Below are positions 35,905-45,323 of a stretch of 64,000 bases of DNA, piece after piece. The stretch covers positions 6,398 through 70,397 of the forward strand of contig CAZFNI010000007.1 of the NCBI GenBank assembly GCA_964520655.1, given 5' to 3'. Source of the stretch: an uncultured Planctomycetales bacterium. Its GTDB lineage: Bacteria > Omnitrophota > Gorgyraeia > Zapsychrales > Fredricksoniimonadaceae. Position numbers and translations under genes: made by a program. Below the pieces are notes generated by a model, which did not search any database, was not told where the DNA came from, and saw only the letters and a program-made list of their open reading frames with translations. Numbering within the stretch: the first letter of the stretch is position 1; each line of letters opens with the position of its first letter.

Positions 35905-38502
35905 ATGCTGTTCTTAGTCATGGTCCTGAATTTTATCGTGGCAGCGTTGCTGTATCCCGAGATCTTCATCCGCATGGACTATCGCCTGGTGCAGGGGCAT
36001 GAGACTTGCGGGCCGATGCAGTATGTGTTCTTTTTGATCGGCCAGTTCTACCAGGGCGGGGTGCAGCTTTTTGACCGCTATGACCTTTTTAATGGGTCTT
36101 ATACCCAGCTCTCCGTCGGGCTCTATACGCCCATTAATTTCCTGATCGCAGCGGGCTACGCATTATTGTCGCCGTTCGTTAAAGATCCCGCCCAGTTCTT
36201 CCATCACTGGTATCTGATCGCCTATCACGGCCTGGGGCTGATGCTGCGCACCTATGGGGTTTATTTGCTGGCGTCTTATATGACCAAATCCCGGATGACA
36301 GCGCTTGTGTCCACCCTATGGGTCAACTGCTTTTGCGCGATCACCATGATCCATTTGGGCGGGTTGTGTATTTCTCCTGTGTATAATTACCTGCCGCTGC
36401 TGTTATTTTGTCTGGTCTATTACTGGGACACCCGTTCGATCAAAGCTGCGGTTGCCTCGATCTTAGTCTTTCTGCTGGCGGCTAATAATGCGATGTATGT
36501 CGGGTTTGGGTTCTTTTACCAGACAGTGCATTTGTTCTTGTTCGACATGCTGATGATCTGGCTGATCTTTCAGCGCCGCAAAAAACCATTATTTGCCGGT
36601 CGTTTCGAGTTAAAGAGGACGCTTGGCCTAGTACTTATCATCATTTTATTGTTCCTGCCGGTGTTATGGTGGGCGACCAACATCATCAGTGATTTTGATA
36701 TGGCTGGTTCTGGTCTGGGGGGGACACAGGGGCGTTTTAACCGCATCTATAATCCGCACGCCATGATGACAGATCCGTTGCGTTATTTTGTGTCCTTAAA
36801 AGATGTGTTCCACCACGCTTATGATTTCACGACCAGCGGCTGGTATCTAAGCGGCGCGTTCCTCGGGATCACAACGATGTTGCTGGCCTTGATCGGTCTG
36901 GTGCTGGGCAAGCATTCGTATAAAGTGGTCTTTATCACGGCGGCGGTGATGATGGGATTCTTGAACGTACCCTCGACACAAGGCGGATGGATGATGTGGG
37001 CCCATTGGGTCGATGCGATCACCAACCCATTCTGTTTTCTGGTGCGCAGTTTCCATTACGCGGTCTTGCTGTGGTATTTGAGCATCATGGTGCCGGTGAC
37101 GCTTGGCATACAATCCCTGTGGGCCATGGCCTGTGACCAGAAGGATAAGATCTATGCCGGCAGGATCCCGTTTATCACGGGGATTTTGGCGTCGGGATTG
37201 ATCGGGTGTTTCTTCATTCAGGCCCCTGTTATCAAAGCTTATGCCATAAAGATCGTCGCGGCGTTTTTGGTGTTCTTTGCCGTGATGAGCCTTGAGCGTC
37301 TCTCAACAGCGCTGCGCCGCTGGCTGGCCGCCGCCGCGATCGCGGTGATCGTGGTGACGGAATTTATCGTGCTCGTCAGTTATATCAACACCCCCAGCGT
37401 GGACATGAACGGCGCGTATTGGGACGGGTTAAGGGTCAAACCAAGGGTCTATTCCCCCATGCATACGCCGCCGATCCCGATGGTGTTGGATTATCAGAAT
37501 CCCCGCACGCTTCCAGTACGTTTCTTTTACCGAACCGATAAACAGGTGGTGTTCCCGCTGCTCGTTGAATTCCAGGGGATGTTTGGACAGTTCTACCAAT
37601 ATATGCCCCTGGCCTTGAGACTTGAACGGCCGGCGTGTATCTATATCCCAAGGATGAAGATCTTCAACAATATTGATCAGGATAAACAGATCCAGGAATA
37701 TATCGCCCGCGATGGGAGGATCATGTATATCGCTGACGCGGCGATCGCGCCGGACCAGAAAGAGTATGCCCGCATCCTGGATGCCGGCCTTGACCGTCGG
37801 GTGGTGCAGGTTGAAGCGGCGCATGAGGATAAGGTCCAGAAATTAGCGGACATGGCGTTGCCTTTGGCCGCAACGGAGCTTTTTAAGAACAATGAGTATG
37901 TGTTCCCCTCGATCGATGCCAGGGTCGTCGACAAGAAGGATACGATACAGTATCAGTGGCGCCTGCCCGCGGATTTTCCGCGCTATCTTTCCACAGGGGT
38001 CTTCACAGCGGACGCGCAGTTGTGGCGTCTTCTTGTCGGCAATGATCCGCTGACCATCGCACAAGGAGCCTTGGTCTATCCGGGGACGTTCGATGTGAAC
38101 AATGTCCGCGACGGATATTTGACCGTCCTGATGTCAAAGTCCAGGCCTGTGGGTAGAGGCAATGTCACGTTGACGGTAGCAACGCCGGCCGCATTAATGG
38201 ATGTTTGGCGCAACACCCAAGACCAGTTCGGTTTCACCTACAATAATCCCCGAAGCGGCTGGTGGGTCATGCACATGCCTTATGATCCAAAGTGGCAGCT
38301 TTTTATCGACGGGAAGAAGACACCGATCGCGCGCGTTAACCGCTATTTTATCGGCGCCCCGTTATCTGCGGGCGAACATCAGATCTTATTGACCTATTGG
38401 CCCGACAGTCCGCTTCGACCGCTGATCATTGTGTCGCTGATCACGGCGCTCTTGATCATGATCTGGGTCTTTCGAACGACCTATCGATGGAGCAAGACAT
38501 GA
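35905..38502 (+). CDS. Family B-4: YfhO-like polytopic membrane protein (865 aa).
   Basis: YQGGVQLFDRYDLFNGSY and HWVDAITNPFCFLVRSFHY. C-terminal DPKWQLFIDGKKTPIARVNRYFIGAPLSAGEHQILLTYWP. Confidence 0.65.
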   Translation: MLFLVMVLNFIVAALLYPEIFIRMDYRLVQGHETCGPMQYVFFLIGQFYQGGVQLFDRYDLFNGSYTQLSVGLYTPINFLIAAGYALLSPFVKDPAQFFHHWYLIAYHGLGLMLRTYGVYLLASYMTKSRMTALVSTLWVNCFCAITMIHLGGLCISPVYNYLPLLLFCLVYYWDTRSIKAAVASILVFLLAANNAMYVGFGFFYQTVHLFLFDMLMIWLIFQRRKKPLFAGRFELKRTLGLVLIIILLFLPVLWWATNIISDFDMAGSGLGGTQGRFNRIYNPHAMMTDPLRYFVSLKDVFHHAYDFTTSGWYLSGAFLGITTMLLALIGLVLGKHSYKVVFITAAVMMGFLNVPSTQGGWMMWAHWVDAITNPFCFLVRSFHYAVLLWYLSIMVPVTLGIQSLWAMACDQKDKIYAGRIPFITGILASGLIGCFFIQAPVIKAYAIKIVAAFLVFFAVMSLERLSTALRRWLAAAAIAVIVVTEFIVLVSYINTPSVDMNGAYWDGLRVKPRVYSPMHTPPIPMVLDYQNPRTLPVRFFYRTDKQVVFPLLVEFQGMFGQFYQYMPLALRLERPACIYIPRMKIFNNIDQDKQIQEYIARDGRIMYIADAAIAPDQKEYARILDAGLDRRVVQVEAAHEDKVQKLADMALPLAATELFKNNEYVFPSIDARVVDKKDTIQYQWRLPADFPRYLSTGVFTADAQLWRLLVGNDPLTIAQGALVYPGTFDVNNVRDGYLTVLMSKSRPVGRGNVTLTVATPAALMDVWRNTQDQFGFTYNNPRSGWWVMHMPYDPKWQLFIDGKKTPIARVNRYFIGAPLSAGEHQILLTYWPDSPLRPLIIVSLITALLIMIWVFRTTYRWSKT

Positions 38503-39902
38503 GGAACGTATCCGTAGTTGCTGCGGCACTGTTCCAGGATCCCGACGAGATATTGGCAGTAGATCTGGTTGCTGCGGCGCGTGATGGCGTGATGGATGAG
38601 CTGGTGCTGGTGCTCTGTGCGCAGGCCCTTGAACCGTCGTGGGTCAAGTCGCTGCCCGATGCTGTGCGCGTGATCATTGTCCGCAGCCCGGCCCAGGCGG
38701 GGAAAGAGGGAGCGGTTAAACGCGGGCTTTTTGCCGCAACGGGGGACTGGGTTATTACCTGGGAAGATATGCGCGTTTCATTCAAGGAAGTCTTGTCTTA
38801 TGCGTTTAAACACAAGGATTCAGGGATCGTTTTAGGGATGTTCTATGCGCATGGGGAGAGACGGGTGCATCAGCATTTGACCCGTTGGTTGCTTGGAGAA
38901 GGCATTGTCGAGGGAGATTGCGCGTTTCGCTGTGTCCCTGGAAAATATTTAACGCCTGTGCTGGGCCGCATTTATCTGGAGCGCGACGGGTTTAATACGG
39001 AGTGGTGTTATGTGGCGCATCAGCTGGGATTTCCGCTGACAGTTGTGCCTGTGATCGTGCCGTGGCGCTTTGACCGGATGGACATCATGGCCTATGTGAA
39101 TCTCTGGCGCATCCGTCTCTGGCATCACACGCCTGTTAATACCAGCGATGAACATATGTCCGACCATGATGTGGCTCAGATGTATGCCCAGGAAAGTCGT
39201 CATTGGTGGTTTACGGCCAAGGCCGCTTTTATGGAGAAGATCTTAACACAATGGGTGCCTATCCAAGATCCATTTGTTCTCGATGCGGGCTGCGGCACGG
39301 GGCATAATATGCTGTATTTGGCTAAACAGGGCAGCTATGTTGGCGTGGATGTTTCCGGCAAAGCCTTGAGTTTCTGTCAGACGAACGGGCACACGCGTCT
39401 GGTACAAGCCGATCTTTTAGGCTTGCCGTTTAAGCCTGAAAGTGTGGATGTGATCCTTTCTTTGGATGTGGTCGAACATGTCGGCAATCCCTGGGGCTTG
39501 ATCCGTCAATACAAGCGTGTGCTGAAAAAGGATGGCTATTGCGTCATTGCTGTCCCGGCATACGGCTTCTTATTCGGCCCTCACGACGAAGCCTTGTCCC
39601 ATTATAAACGTTACAGTTCTGGGATGATACGTTCATTGATCGAAGAAGCAGGTTTTGAGGTGCTGCATGAGAACTATTTGTATTGCATCCCATTTTTCCC
39701 GGCAGCCACCGTCAGGCTTTTTCGTAAAATATGCTGCCGTGATCAAAAGCCCAGCACGGACATGTATTTAATGCCCCTGCCGTTCGTTAATGAGCTGATG
39801 CAAAAACTCATGGCATTGGAAGTCTGGCTGTTAGGCAAAGTGCCGATGCCTTTTGGTACATCGATCGTCGTAGTGGCGAAAAAAAGCGGGGCACATGGGT
39901 AA
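38499..39902 (+). CDS. Two-domain enzyme: an N-terminal GT2-like (polyprenyl-phosphate glycosyltransferase-like) domain fused to a C-terminal class I SAM-dependent methyltransferase.
   Basis: The C-terminal half carries the canonical MT motif I LDAGCGTGHNMLYLA and VLKKDGYCVIAVP. The N-terminal half (AGKEGAVKRGLFAATGDWVITWED) resembles GT2 DPM-synthase-like folds. The start ATG at 38499 overlaps the upstream stop as ATGA. Confidence 0.6.
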   Translation: MRNVSVVAAALFQDPDEILAVDLVAAARDGVMDELVLVLCAQALEPSWVKSLPDAVRVIIVRSPAQAGKEGAVKRGLFAATGDWVITWEDMRVSFKEVLSYAFKHKDSGIVLGMFYAHGERRVHQHLTRWLLGEGIVEGDCAFRCVPGKYLTPVLGRIYLERDGFNTEWCYVAHQLGFPLTVVPVIVPWRFDRMDIMAYVNLWRIRLWHHTPVNTSDEHMSDHDVAQMYAQESRHWWFTAKAAFMEKILTQWVPIQDPFVLDAGCGTGHNMLYLAKQGSYVGVDVSGKALSFCQTNGHTRLVQADLLGLPFKPESVDVILSLDVVEHVGNPWGLIRQYKRVLKKDGYCVIAVPAYGFLFGPHDEALSHYKRYSSGMIRSLIEEAGFEVLHENYLYCIPFFPAATVRLFRKICCRDQKPSTDMYLMPLPFVNELMQKLMALEVWLLGKVPMPFGTSIVVVAKKSGAHG

Positions 39903-42372
39903 TCCCGGGCAAAAGAACTCACAGACATTATTGTTGATCGCCGCGATCGTGCTGGCCGGCATGGAGCTGGCATTGATCACGGGCGCGCTGTTGTCTTTTG
40001 TCCCGATCGACCAGCGGGCATTATTGGCGGATGTTTTTGCCAAAGATGTGCACATCATCAAAAAAGACTGGAAGATGCTTGTCTATCATGGCGTGATCGC
40101 GGCCATCGCGTTTTTGGGGTGGCTGGCCCTGACCCGGTTTAAGCAATATTGTTTTGAGCAGGACAAGCGGCGGGAATTGGCTCTGTTGTGCAAAAGCAGC
40201 GCGGCCTGGATCACGCTGATGGTCTACGCATTATTTTTTGTGATCAATGATCCTCGTCCCACATGGGCCTGGCAGACCTTCGGCCTGGCCGCGATCGGCG
40301 CCGTGTTAACGAAATTATTCTTTCCTGAATTAAATAATTTATTCCAGGGTCCAGCTGTTTTTAAAAAAGCGGCGATATTTGGCGGCTTTCTTTTTACCGG
40401 AGTTTTTGTTCTGTATAACGGAGGCGCTCGGGCGGCTGGGACATTGGCCTTGTGGTCCGTATTCCTAGGCGGGGCCATTGGCGCGGGATGGTTATTAGGC
40501 CGAACGGATCTAAGTCCAATTGCCAGGAAGTTGACGCGGCTTTCCCCGTTGGCGGATGTGTTGATATGGCTTTGCAGCAAAAGTGTTCTGGCCAACACTG
40601 CTTTTGCCGCAGGCGGTATTTTCCTTGTGTCGCTTTTGGCTATCGTCGACCCTGTCGCAGTCCTGGCACAGACGGCCTTTGGCGAGCACTATTACCATTT
40701 TGACCTGATGCTCATGGCCGGTGCCTATGCGTTTGGCAGCGGCAACACGCTGGGCGTCGATCAGATCGCGTATTACGGCATTGGTCTGCCTGCTTTAGTC
40801 GGGGGTTTGTCCAAAGCATTCTTTGGGCAGGTCACTTATGAGGGTGTCTTTGCCATCTATTGGGGATTGACGATCGTTTATTACGCGGCTTTCTATGCCG
40901 TCATGCGCTACTGGCTTGGCAGCGTTCTGTTAGCATTTGCCGCCGTGATGCTCGCGGTCAAATGGCAGGTTTTTTATTCCTTGTCTTATCCGGTCTCTGC
41001 CATTTATCCCAATAGCTCTCCACTGCGCTGTTTTTTAGACATTCCGACATTTATATTGCTGTGGATGTTCATCAAAAGCGGGAAGACAAGATACCTGTGG
41101 TCTGCCGCTGCCCTGACAGGAGTGGCAATGGTTTTCATGCCAACGACTGGCGTCGATCTGTATCTGGCCCTGGTGGCATTCGCGGGGATGTTTTTTATTC
41201 TTCGAAAGATCCAAAAGATAACGATCGATCGCCTTCGCGTTGCCACGGCGCTGCTGATCCCGTTGGCCTGTGCATTGATCGGATTCTTCTTTCTGTGCGG
41301 CAAGGCCGTGTTCGCTGGCCAATTCTGGAAAGACCTGATGTTCTATCCGCATTTGTTCACCAACGGGTTTTATGACATCTGGTTCTGGGATAATTTAATG
41401 CACGGCCATTATGTCGATTTTGCCGTCGGCGTGCTTTTTCCGGTCCTGTATCTATTCACGATGCTGTGGATAGGGTTTCGTTTGTACCGCCGGGAGGGAT
41501 CGCTTGAGGAAATGATCACCTTTGCCGTTTGCGCATATGGCTTAAGTCTGTATCATCACTACCTGGTGTTGTCGCTGCAGAATAATTATTTCATGCGCGC
41601 GGTCGTTTTTATCTGGGTGATCTTCTATTGGGTCAAAGGCGCGATGAATGCGTGTTCATCATCAAAGGCCAGGGCGCTGTGGGCGTGGGGTTTAGCTGCT
41701 GGATGCTTGTTCTTCCTGTTAACCGATAAGCTTTATCAGGCGTTCCCGAATTATTGGAATTCATTGAACGTGCGTAATCCCATCGTCGATAAACGCACTG
41801 CCCGGGGTTTACCTGAGGACGGGCGGCCTTACTTTTTCCATCAAGAGGCGTGGACCGCAGAAAAAGATAAGCTCGCGGCAAATTCTGTGGGAACAACACA
41901 GGAGCGTATCTTTTTTGAATGGCAGGTGCCTGACCATGAAACGTTAAAAGCGCTTTATGCCCAGGAGTTTGATTTTAAGGAGGATGTGGCCCTGATCAGG
42001 GCCTTGACCACGCCGTCAGAAAAGACCGCGCTGCTCTCAAGCTTCGAGATCGAGATATTGCGTCAGGCCGGGCGCCGTCCGTACTTTTTTTATTTCCCTG
42101 TCATTTCTTCGCGCGGCATGGATGTGCGCACCTTCCCGCACACCAACATTTACACCAAGGGCATGCAGGCGCGGATGATCCAGGAGATCGAGAGCTCAAT
42201 GCCGGAATATATTTTTATGGAACGGATATTTTTAAGCGATGCGCTTCCGGCTTCCTACGCGGTCGACCACGAGGAGCTCTTGGGTGTCATCGCGCATATC
42301 CGCAAACATTATCAACCCTTCGCCCAGGGCAAGTACTTGACGGCCATGAAGAGGGTCCATGTCCAGGATTAA
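39895..42372 (+). CDS. Family C-3 paralog (825 aa).
   Basis: FGEHYYHFDLMLMAG, YGLSLYHHY, AFPNYWNSLNVRNP, LSSFEIEILRQAGRRPYFFYFP ... YIFMERIFL ... GKYLTAMKRV. Confidence 0.7.
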   Translation: MGNPGQKNSQTLLLIAAIVLAGMELALITGALLSFVPIDQRALLADVFAKDVHIIKKDWKMLVYHGVIAAIAFLGWLALTRFKQYCFEQDKRRELALLCKSSAAWITLMVYALFFVINDPRPTWAWQTFGLAAIGAVLTKLFFPELNNLFQGPAVFKKAAIFGGFLFTGVFVLYNGGARAAGTLALWSVFLGGAIGAGWLLGRTDLSPIARKLTRLSPLADVLIWLCSKSVLANTAFAAGGIFLVSLLAIVDPVAVLAQTAFGEHYYHFDLMLMAGAYAFGSGNTLGVDQIAYYGIGLPALVGGLSKAFFGQVTYEGVFAIYWGLTIVYYAAFYAVMRYWLGSVLLAFAAVMLAVKWQVFYSLSYPVSAIYPNSSPLRCFLDIPTFILLWMFIKSGKTRYLWSAAALTGVAMVFMPTTGVDLYLALVAFAGMFFILRKIQKITIDRLRVATALLIPLACALIGFFFLCGKAVFAGQFWKDLMFYPHLFTNGFYDIWFWDNLMHGHYVDFAVGVLFPVLYLFTMLWIGFRLYRREGSLEEMITFAVCAYGLSLYHHYLVLSLQNNYFMRAVVFIWVIFYWVKGAMNACSSSKARALWAWGLAAGCLFFLLTDKLYQAFPNYWNSLNVRNPIVDKRTARGLPEDGRPYFFHQEAWTAEKDKLAANSVGTTQERIFFEWQVPDHETLKALYAQEFDFKEDVALIRALTTPSEKTALLSSFEIEILRQAGRRPYFFYFPVISSRGMDVRTFPHTNIYTKGMQARMIQEIESSMPEYIFMERIFLSDALPASYAVDHEELLGVIAHIRKHYQPFAQGKYLTAMKRVHVQD

Positions 42373-44860
42373 AACCATCACATGGGGACCGGCGCAATGG
42401 ATGTTCGCCTGTATTATGGGGGCTTTTGTTCTTTTGGCGCTATTCTTCCCGACGCTGTTGATCACGCGGAAAGTCAGTTTCATCTACATGCAGGACTATC
42501 TCAATGATTACAAAGCTGTCCATCTGCTTATTCAATTCTTTTATCAGAAAGGCATACAGCTGTGGGATTTTTTCAGCCAGATGCCGCACACCTATTTCTT
42601 TGCGACATTCGGGACATTCAAGGTCGCCAATTTATTGACCGCTTTGGCCTATGTAGGCACATCAGGCTTCTTTTATGATCAAGCCAAATTGCTGCACGAT
42701 GTCTTCGCCTGGGTCTATGTTCCGGCGCTGCTGACCTTAAGGGCGTGCGGCATGGTGATCGTTTTGAGGCTGCTTGGATTTGGCAAAGTTTTCGCGGCGG
42801 CCTTTGGGCTGGCTGGTGCATTATTGTGGGCAAAGCCGGCGATCGTGATCGGCACGTTCTATCAAAGCTATACACCATTGATCATGCTGCTTATTTTGGC
42901 GTGGGTGACATTTCAACAGGGCCGTTATCTGCTGCTCTTGGCATTGATGCTGGCGCACGCCTTCACGCAAGGCATGGTGCATGCGTGCTATTTGTATTTA
43001 GGGATACACGGGTTGCTATTGTCGGCAGTCATCTATCAGTGTTTCCTTGGGAAGAAGGAGGCGTGGCGATTTTCATTCAAAGAAGCGGCGATCGCGATCG
43101 TTCTGATCGGTTTGATGCTCTGGCCGTACGCGGCCATGATCAAATTATCTTTTGCTGACATCATGTTCGCGCCGGGGGAGAGCCGGCTTAATGGATTTTT
43201 CGATCTGAAGTATTATTTCAATGCCATGAAGATCGACCAGGTGCGCGTGGGGACATTTGTCGCAGACAGCCTGAGGTTCGATGATATCAGCGGGATCAAA
43301 TATTTCTTTGGTCTTGGTTTCTTCTGGTGCGCGCTCACCGGATGGGTCATGGCGGCGGACAGGCGTAAATGGATCTTTGCCGGCGGTCTGATATTGTTAT
43401 GGGCTGTCAACACGCCGCGTTTCGGGTTTAACCCGGGGATGATCGGCCATTGGATCAATGTGCTGACCAATCCCATGAGCACCATGGTCCGTTCCTATGA
43501 AATGGCTGCCTGCGCGGCCGTGGGCTATATGCTCCTGCCGTTGTGCGCCTGGGGGATGATCTGGTTGTGGGAACACGACGGAGTGAAGGTCAGTGCGTAT
43601 AAAATGAAAATATGGTGGCTGTTGACGGCATGTCTGCTGGCGTTAGCGTTTGGGATCAATGTGCCGGTTCAGGTGCGTTTATATACGATCATTCTGAGCG
43701 TATTGATCGCGGGAGCGCTTTGGATCAAGACATACACGATGTTTAAAGTCGGCCGTAAAAAATATTCTGGCTGGTCATTCAGGGGATTGCTGATCATCAT
43801 GATCGCGTTAGACGCGTTCTTGAGCATCGTGCAGATCAACCGGTTCTTTGCCGCGGGAGAGGTCGCAACACCGCCGCTGGCGGGATCGGCAAGACATTAT
43901 GGTCTTAACCTTGATCATCAAAACCCGAGAGTGATGGGCTTTCCCTATAATGCGGATATGATCGATACAGGCGCGACGTCGCATGTGTGGAGTTTGCGGG
44001 ATATCTCGCCGGGCTACAGCCGTGTGATCAACCGCTTTATCGCTTTTGAAAAGCCAGGTGACCATTTCCCCCGTCATCAGGCTTATGCGGGATGGTATCA
44101 GAATGAACGCGTGATGGAATATGTTAAGCGTTATCCGGCATTGGCTTATTTTGTCCCGTCAGATGGAAAAAATGAGGCGTTGATCATCTCAGGGGAGCGG
44201 CCGGGAGATCTTGGCGGGCAATTTGTACAAGAGAGCCTGTTGCAAAGTCCGATCGTGGTAAATTCACAGGCCCATGGTTATTGGAGCATGTCATTTGCGC
44301 TTAGCGATCCATTTGCCCATATTGTAAGCAATCAAGTGTCCGCGTTCCCGGCGGCCAGAGTTTTTGTTGAGACAGATGGCCAACAGCATGAATTGGAAGC
44401 CTCCCAGGGACGATTATTGGGGTCTGGGATGTTTGATATCAATAATATCTATCAGGGCAAGATGCTGGTATCATTGCCCAGAGGAGTTTTGCCACAGGCG
44501 GTTAAGGTGCATGTATGGCGCTACCAGCAGGAGACTGGGATCGTCGGAGTTGATTCCTTCACACATGACCGTTTGAGCGCGGCATTCGCCGCGCCGCACA
44601 ATGGATGGGCGGTATGGCACATCCCGTATGATACGAAATTTGTGATCATGGAAGATGGACGCAAGGTCGATTACAGACGCACGACTGCCGGCTTTATCCG
44701 CTGGCCGATCAAAGCCGGACGGCACAAGGTGGTGATCGATTATTGGCCACAGGGCTGGTGGCTGAGATGGGGGCTTGTGTGCTCGACGGTGGTGTCCATG
44801 GGGTGTTTGGTGTACATCCTTAACCTGTTATGGGTAAGATCGTTCCGATATGAAAAATAA
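42359..44860 (+). CDS. Family B-5: YfhO-like polytopic membrane protein (833 aa), the most divergent copy.
   Basis: YQKGIQLWDFF and HWINVLTNPMSTMVRSYEM. C-terminal DTKFVIMEDGRKVDYRRTTAGFIRWPIKAGRHKVVIDYWP. Confidence 0.6.
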   Translation: MSRIKTITWGPAQWMFACIMGAFVLLALFFPTLLITRKVSFIYMQDYLNDYKAVHLLIQFFYQKGIQLWDFFSQMPHTYFFATFGTFKVANLLTALAYVGTSGFFYDQAKLLHDVFAWVYVPALLTLRACGMVIVLRLLGFGKVFAAAFGLAGALLWAKPAIVIGTFYQSYTPLIMLLILAWVTFQQGRYLLLLALMLAHAFTQGMVHACYLYLGIHGLLLSAVIYQCFLGKKEAWRFSFKEAAIAIVLIGLMLWPYAAMIKLSFADIMFAPGESRLNGFFDLKYYFNAMKIDQVRVGTFVADSLRFDDISGIKYFFGLGFFWCALTGWVMAADRRKWIFAGGLILLWAVNTPRFGFNPGMIGHWINVLTNPMSTMVRSYEMAACAAVGYMLLPLCAWGMIWLWEHDGVKVSAYKMKIWWLLTACLLALAFGINVPVQVRLYTIILSVLIAGALWIKTYTMFKVGRKKYSGWSFRGLLIIMIALDAFLSIVQINRFFAAGEVATPPLAGSARHYGLNLDHQNPRVMGFPYNADMIDTGATSHVWSLRDISPGYSRVINRFIAFEKPGDHFPRHQAYAGWYQNERVMEYVKRYPALAYFVPSDGKNEALIISGERPGDLGGQFVQESLLQSPIVVNSQAHGYWSMSFALSDPFAHIVSNQVSAFPAARVFVETDGQQHELEASQGRLLGSGMFDINNIYQGKMLVSLPRGVLPQAVKVHVWRYQQETGIVGVDSFTHDRLSAAFAAPHNGWAVWHIPYDTKFVIMEDGRKVDYRRTTAGFIRWPIKAGRHKVVIDYWPQGWWLRWGLVCSTVVSMGCLVYILNLLWVRSFRYEK

Positions 44861-45323
44861 ATCTTTTGATGTCTTTGATCCGGTCTTTACCGGTTTATTA
44901 GCTGCCGCGGCGATCCTGTGCGCGATGGAAATGCTCATTATCGCCGGTGTTGTTTTGTTCTATATCCCCTTTACGCCTGACCCATCCCTGCAGGATATAT
45001 TCTTCCATTACCGCAAAGGATATGTTCCCGAGCAGGAATTATTATTGTACGGCGTTGGGATCGCGATGGCGGTGGTCTTCTTTGTCGGCGCTGCGATCGT
45101 TTTTGCGCGGCGCGTTTCGGATGTTTTGTTTCAAAGGTCATTGATACGTTATGCGGTGGTGCATACGGCCGTTGTGATTTCGATGACGGCATGTGTTTTT
45201 AAATTGATCGTCACACCGTCGGATGGCATCGCGTGGGCATGTCTTTATACAATGTTGGGCGTTTCTTTGGGACTTAACATATTTTGGAGCGAGATCGATC
45301 AATGGTTTGGGCGGACCTTTTAG
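44850..45323 (+). CDS. Family C-4, N-terminal fragment (157 aa, 4 TM), ending just after the family's FW-x-EI motif.
   Basis: ...NIFWSEIDQWFGRTF* aligns with FWPELRK, FFPELNN and IFWAEIVRFW of the paralogs. Either a split gene or an independent short ORF. Confidence 0.5.
   Translation: MKNKSFDVFDPVFTGLLAAAAILCAMEMLIIAGVVLFYIPFTPDPSLQDIFFHYRKGYVPEQELLLYGVGIAMAVVFFVGAAIVFARRVSDVLFQRSLIRYAVVHTAVVISMTACVFKLIVTPSDGIAWACLYTMLGVSLGLNIFWSEIDQWFGRTF

Noticed and set aside
44850-45323. Possibility that the FamC-4 junction is a programmed -1 ribosomal frameshift.
   Set aside because: No canonical slippery heptamer (X-XXY-YYZ) in the 0 frame across 45300..45320, and no obvious downstream pseudoknot was noticed. 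A mutation or sequencing error in the TTTGGG run is more parsimonious, and this is kept as a finding rather than annotated as PRF.
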